From positions 12,825-17,833 of the forward strand of contig DAOOON010000015.1 of assembly GCA_035387745.1 (NCBI GenBank): 5,009 bases of DNA, written 5' to 3'. Under the pieces are notes generated by a model. It ran no database searches. It was given only the letters and a program-made list of their open reading frames with translations, and had not been told where the DNA came from. The translations under genes were made by a program, and so were the position numbers. Shown in pieces: positions 5,002-5,009 of the stretch. Every line of letters starts with the position of its first letter. Positions within the stretch are counted from its first letter, which is position 1. This stretch comes from an archaeon. GTDB taxonomy: Archaea > Iainarchaeota > Iainarchaeia > Iainarchaeales > CSSED10-239.

Positions 5002-5008
5002 TATTTAA
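5002..5008 (-). promoter_or_regulatory. TATA-like box (TTAAATA on the minus strand) for the three-gene operon
   Basis: The reverse complement of 5001..5009 is CTTAAATAC. The box centre (about 5005) is 27 nt upstream of ATG 4978. This is the same spacing seen at the Lrp-like gene and implies a leaderless operon transcript. Any BRE would lie beyond the window edge. Confidence 0.4.
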
Positions 5009-5009
5009 G

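Noticed and set aside
4796-5008. Plus-strand ORF of 70 aa
   Set aside because: It is antisense to the antitoxin-position ORF. The Phe-rich low-complexity product mirrors the Lys-rich minus-strand protein.
1-5009. CRISPR arrays, tRNA or rRNA genes, transposase or IS ends, integrase or att sites
   Set aside because: There are no regularly spaced repeats and no GC-rich cloverleaf-like segments. No terminal inverted repeats flank any gene, and no recombinase-like ORF is present. The only exact repeats are the 21-mer pair and the 10-mer promoter motif reported above.

Overview
AT-rich window (about 30% GC by eye), about 95% coding, with six tightly packed genes. It looks like a small archaeal genome, possibly DPANN-like. 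Support: TATA-like boxes centred about 27 nt upstream of several ATGs (leaderless geometry), an XPD/Rad3 helicase with an Fe-S cysteine cluster, an Lrp/AsnC regulator and an archaeal-type RelE-like toxin. All family calls come from motifs read by eye; no search was run.

Left to right:
1. A minus-strand ORF of at least 226 codons (679 down to the left edge). It is missing from the supplied ORF track because it has no stop in the window.
2. A 117-nt divergent promoter region containing a perfect 17-bp palindrome.
3. A fused tandem (two-module) Lrp/AsnC-type regulator (797..1804, +).
4. A convergent multi-pass membrane protein (1805..2332, -) whose stop codon directly abuts the regulator's stop.
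5. A three-gene minus-strand operon: a 105-aa unassigned basic protein (4978..4661), a RelE/ParE-like toxin overlapping it by 14 nt (4674..4333), and an XPD/Rad3 helicase whose ATG directly follows the toxin stop (4332..2422).

The most interesting feature is this antitoxin-like / RelE-like / helicase arrangement. It appears to be driven by one leaderless promoter at the right edge of the window.

Other observations:
- A 10-nt GC-containing motif plus TATA box from the regulator promoter recurs at the helicase 3' end, pointing antisense.
- A perfect 21-nt direct repeat is read in two different frames inside the left ORF.
- Lys-rich C-terminal tails may double as oligo-T terminators for the opposite strand.

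No tRNA, rRNA, CRISPR array or recognisable transposase is visible.
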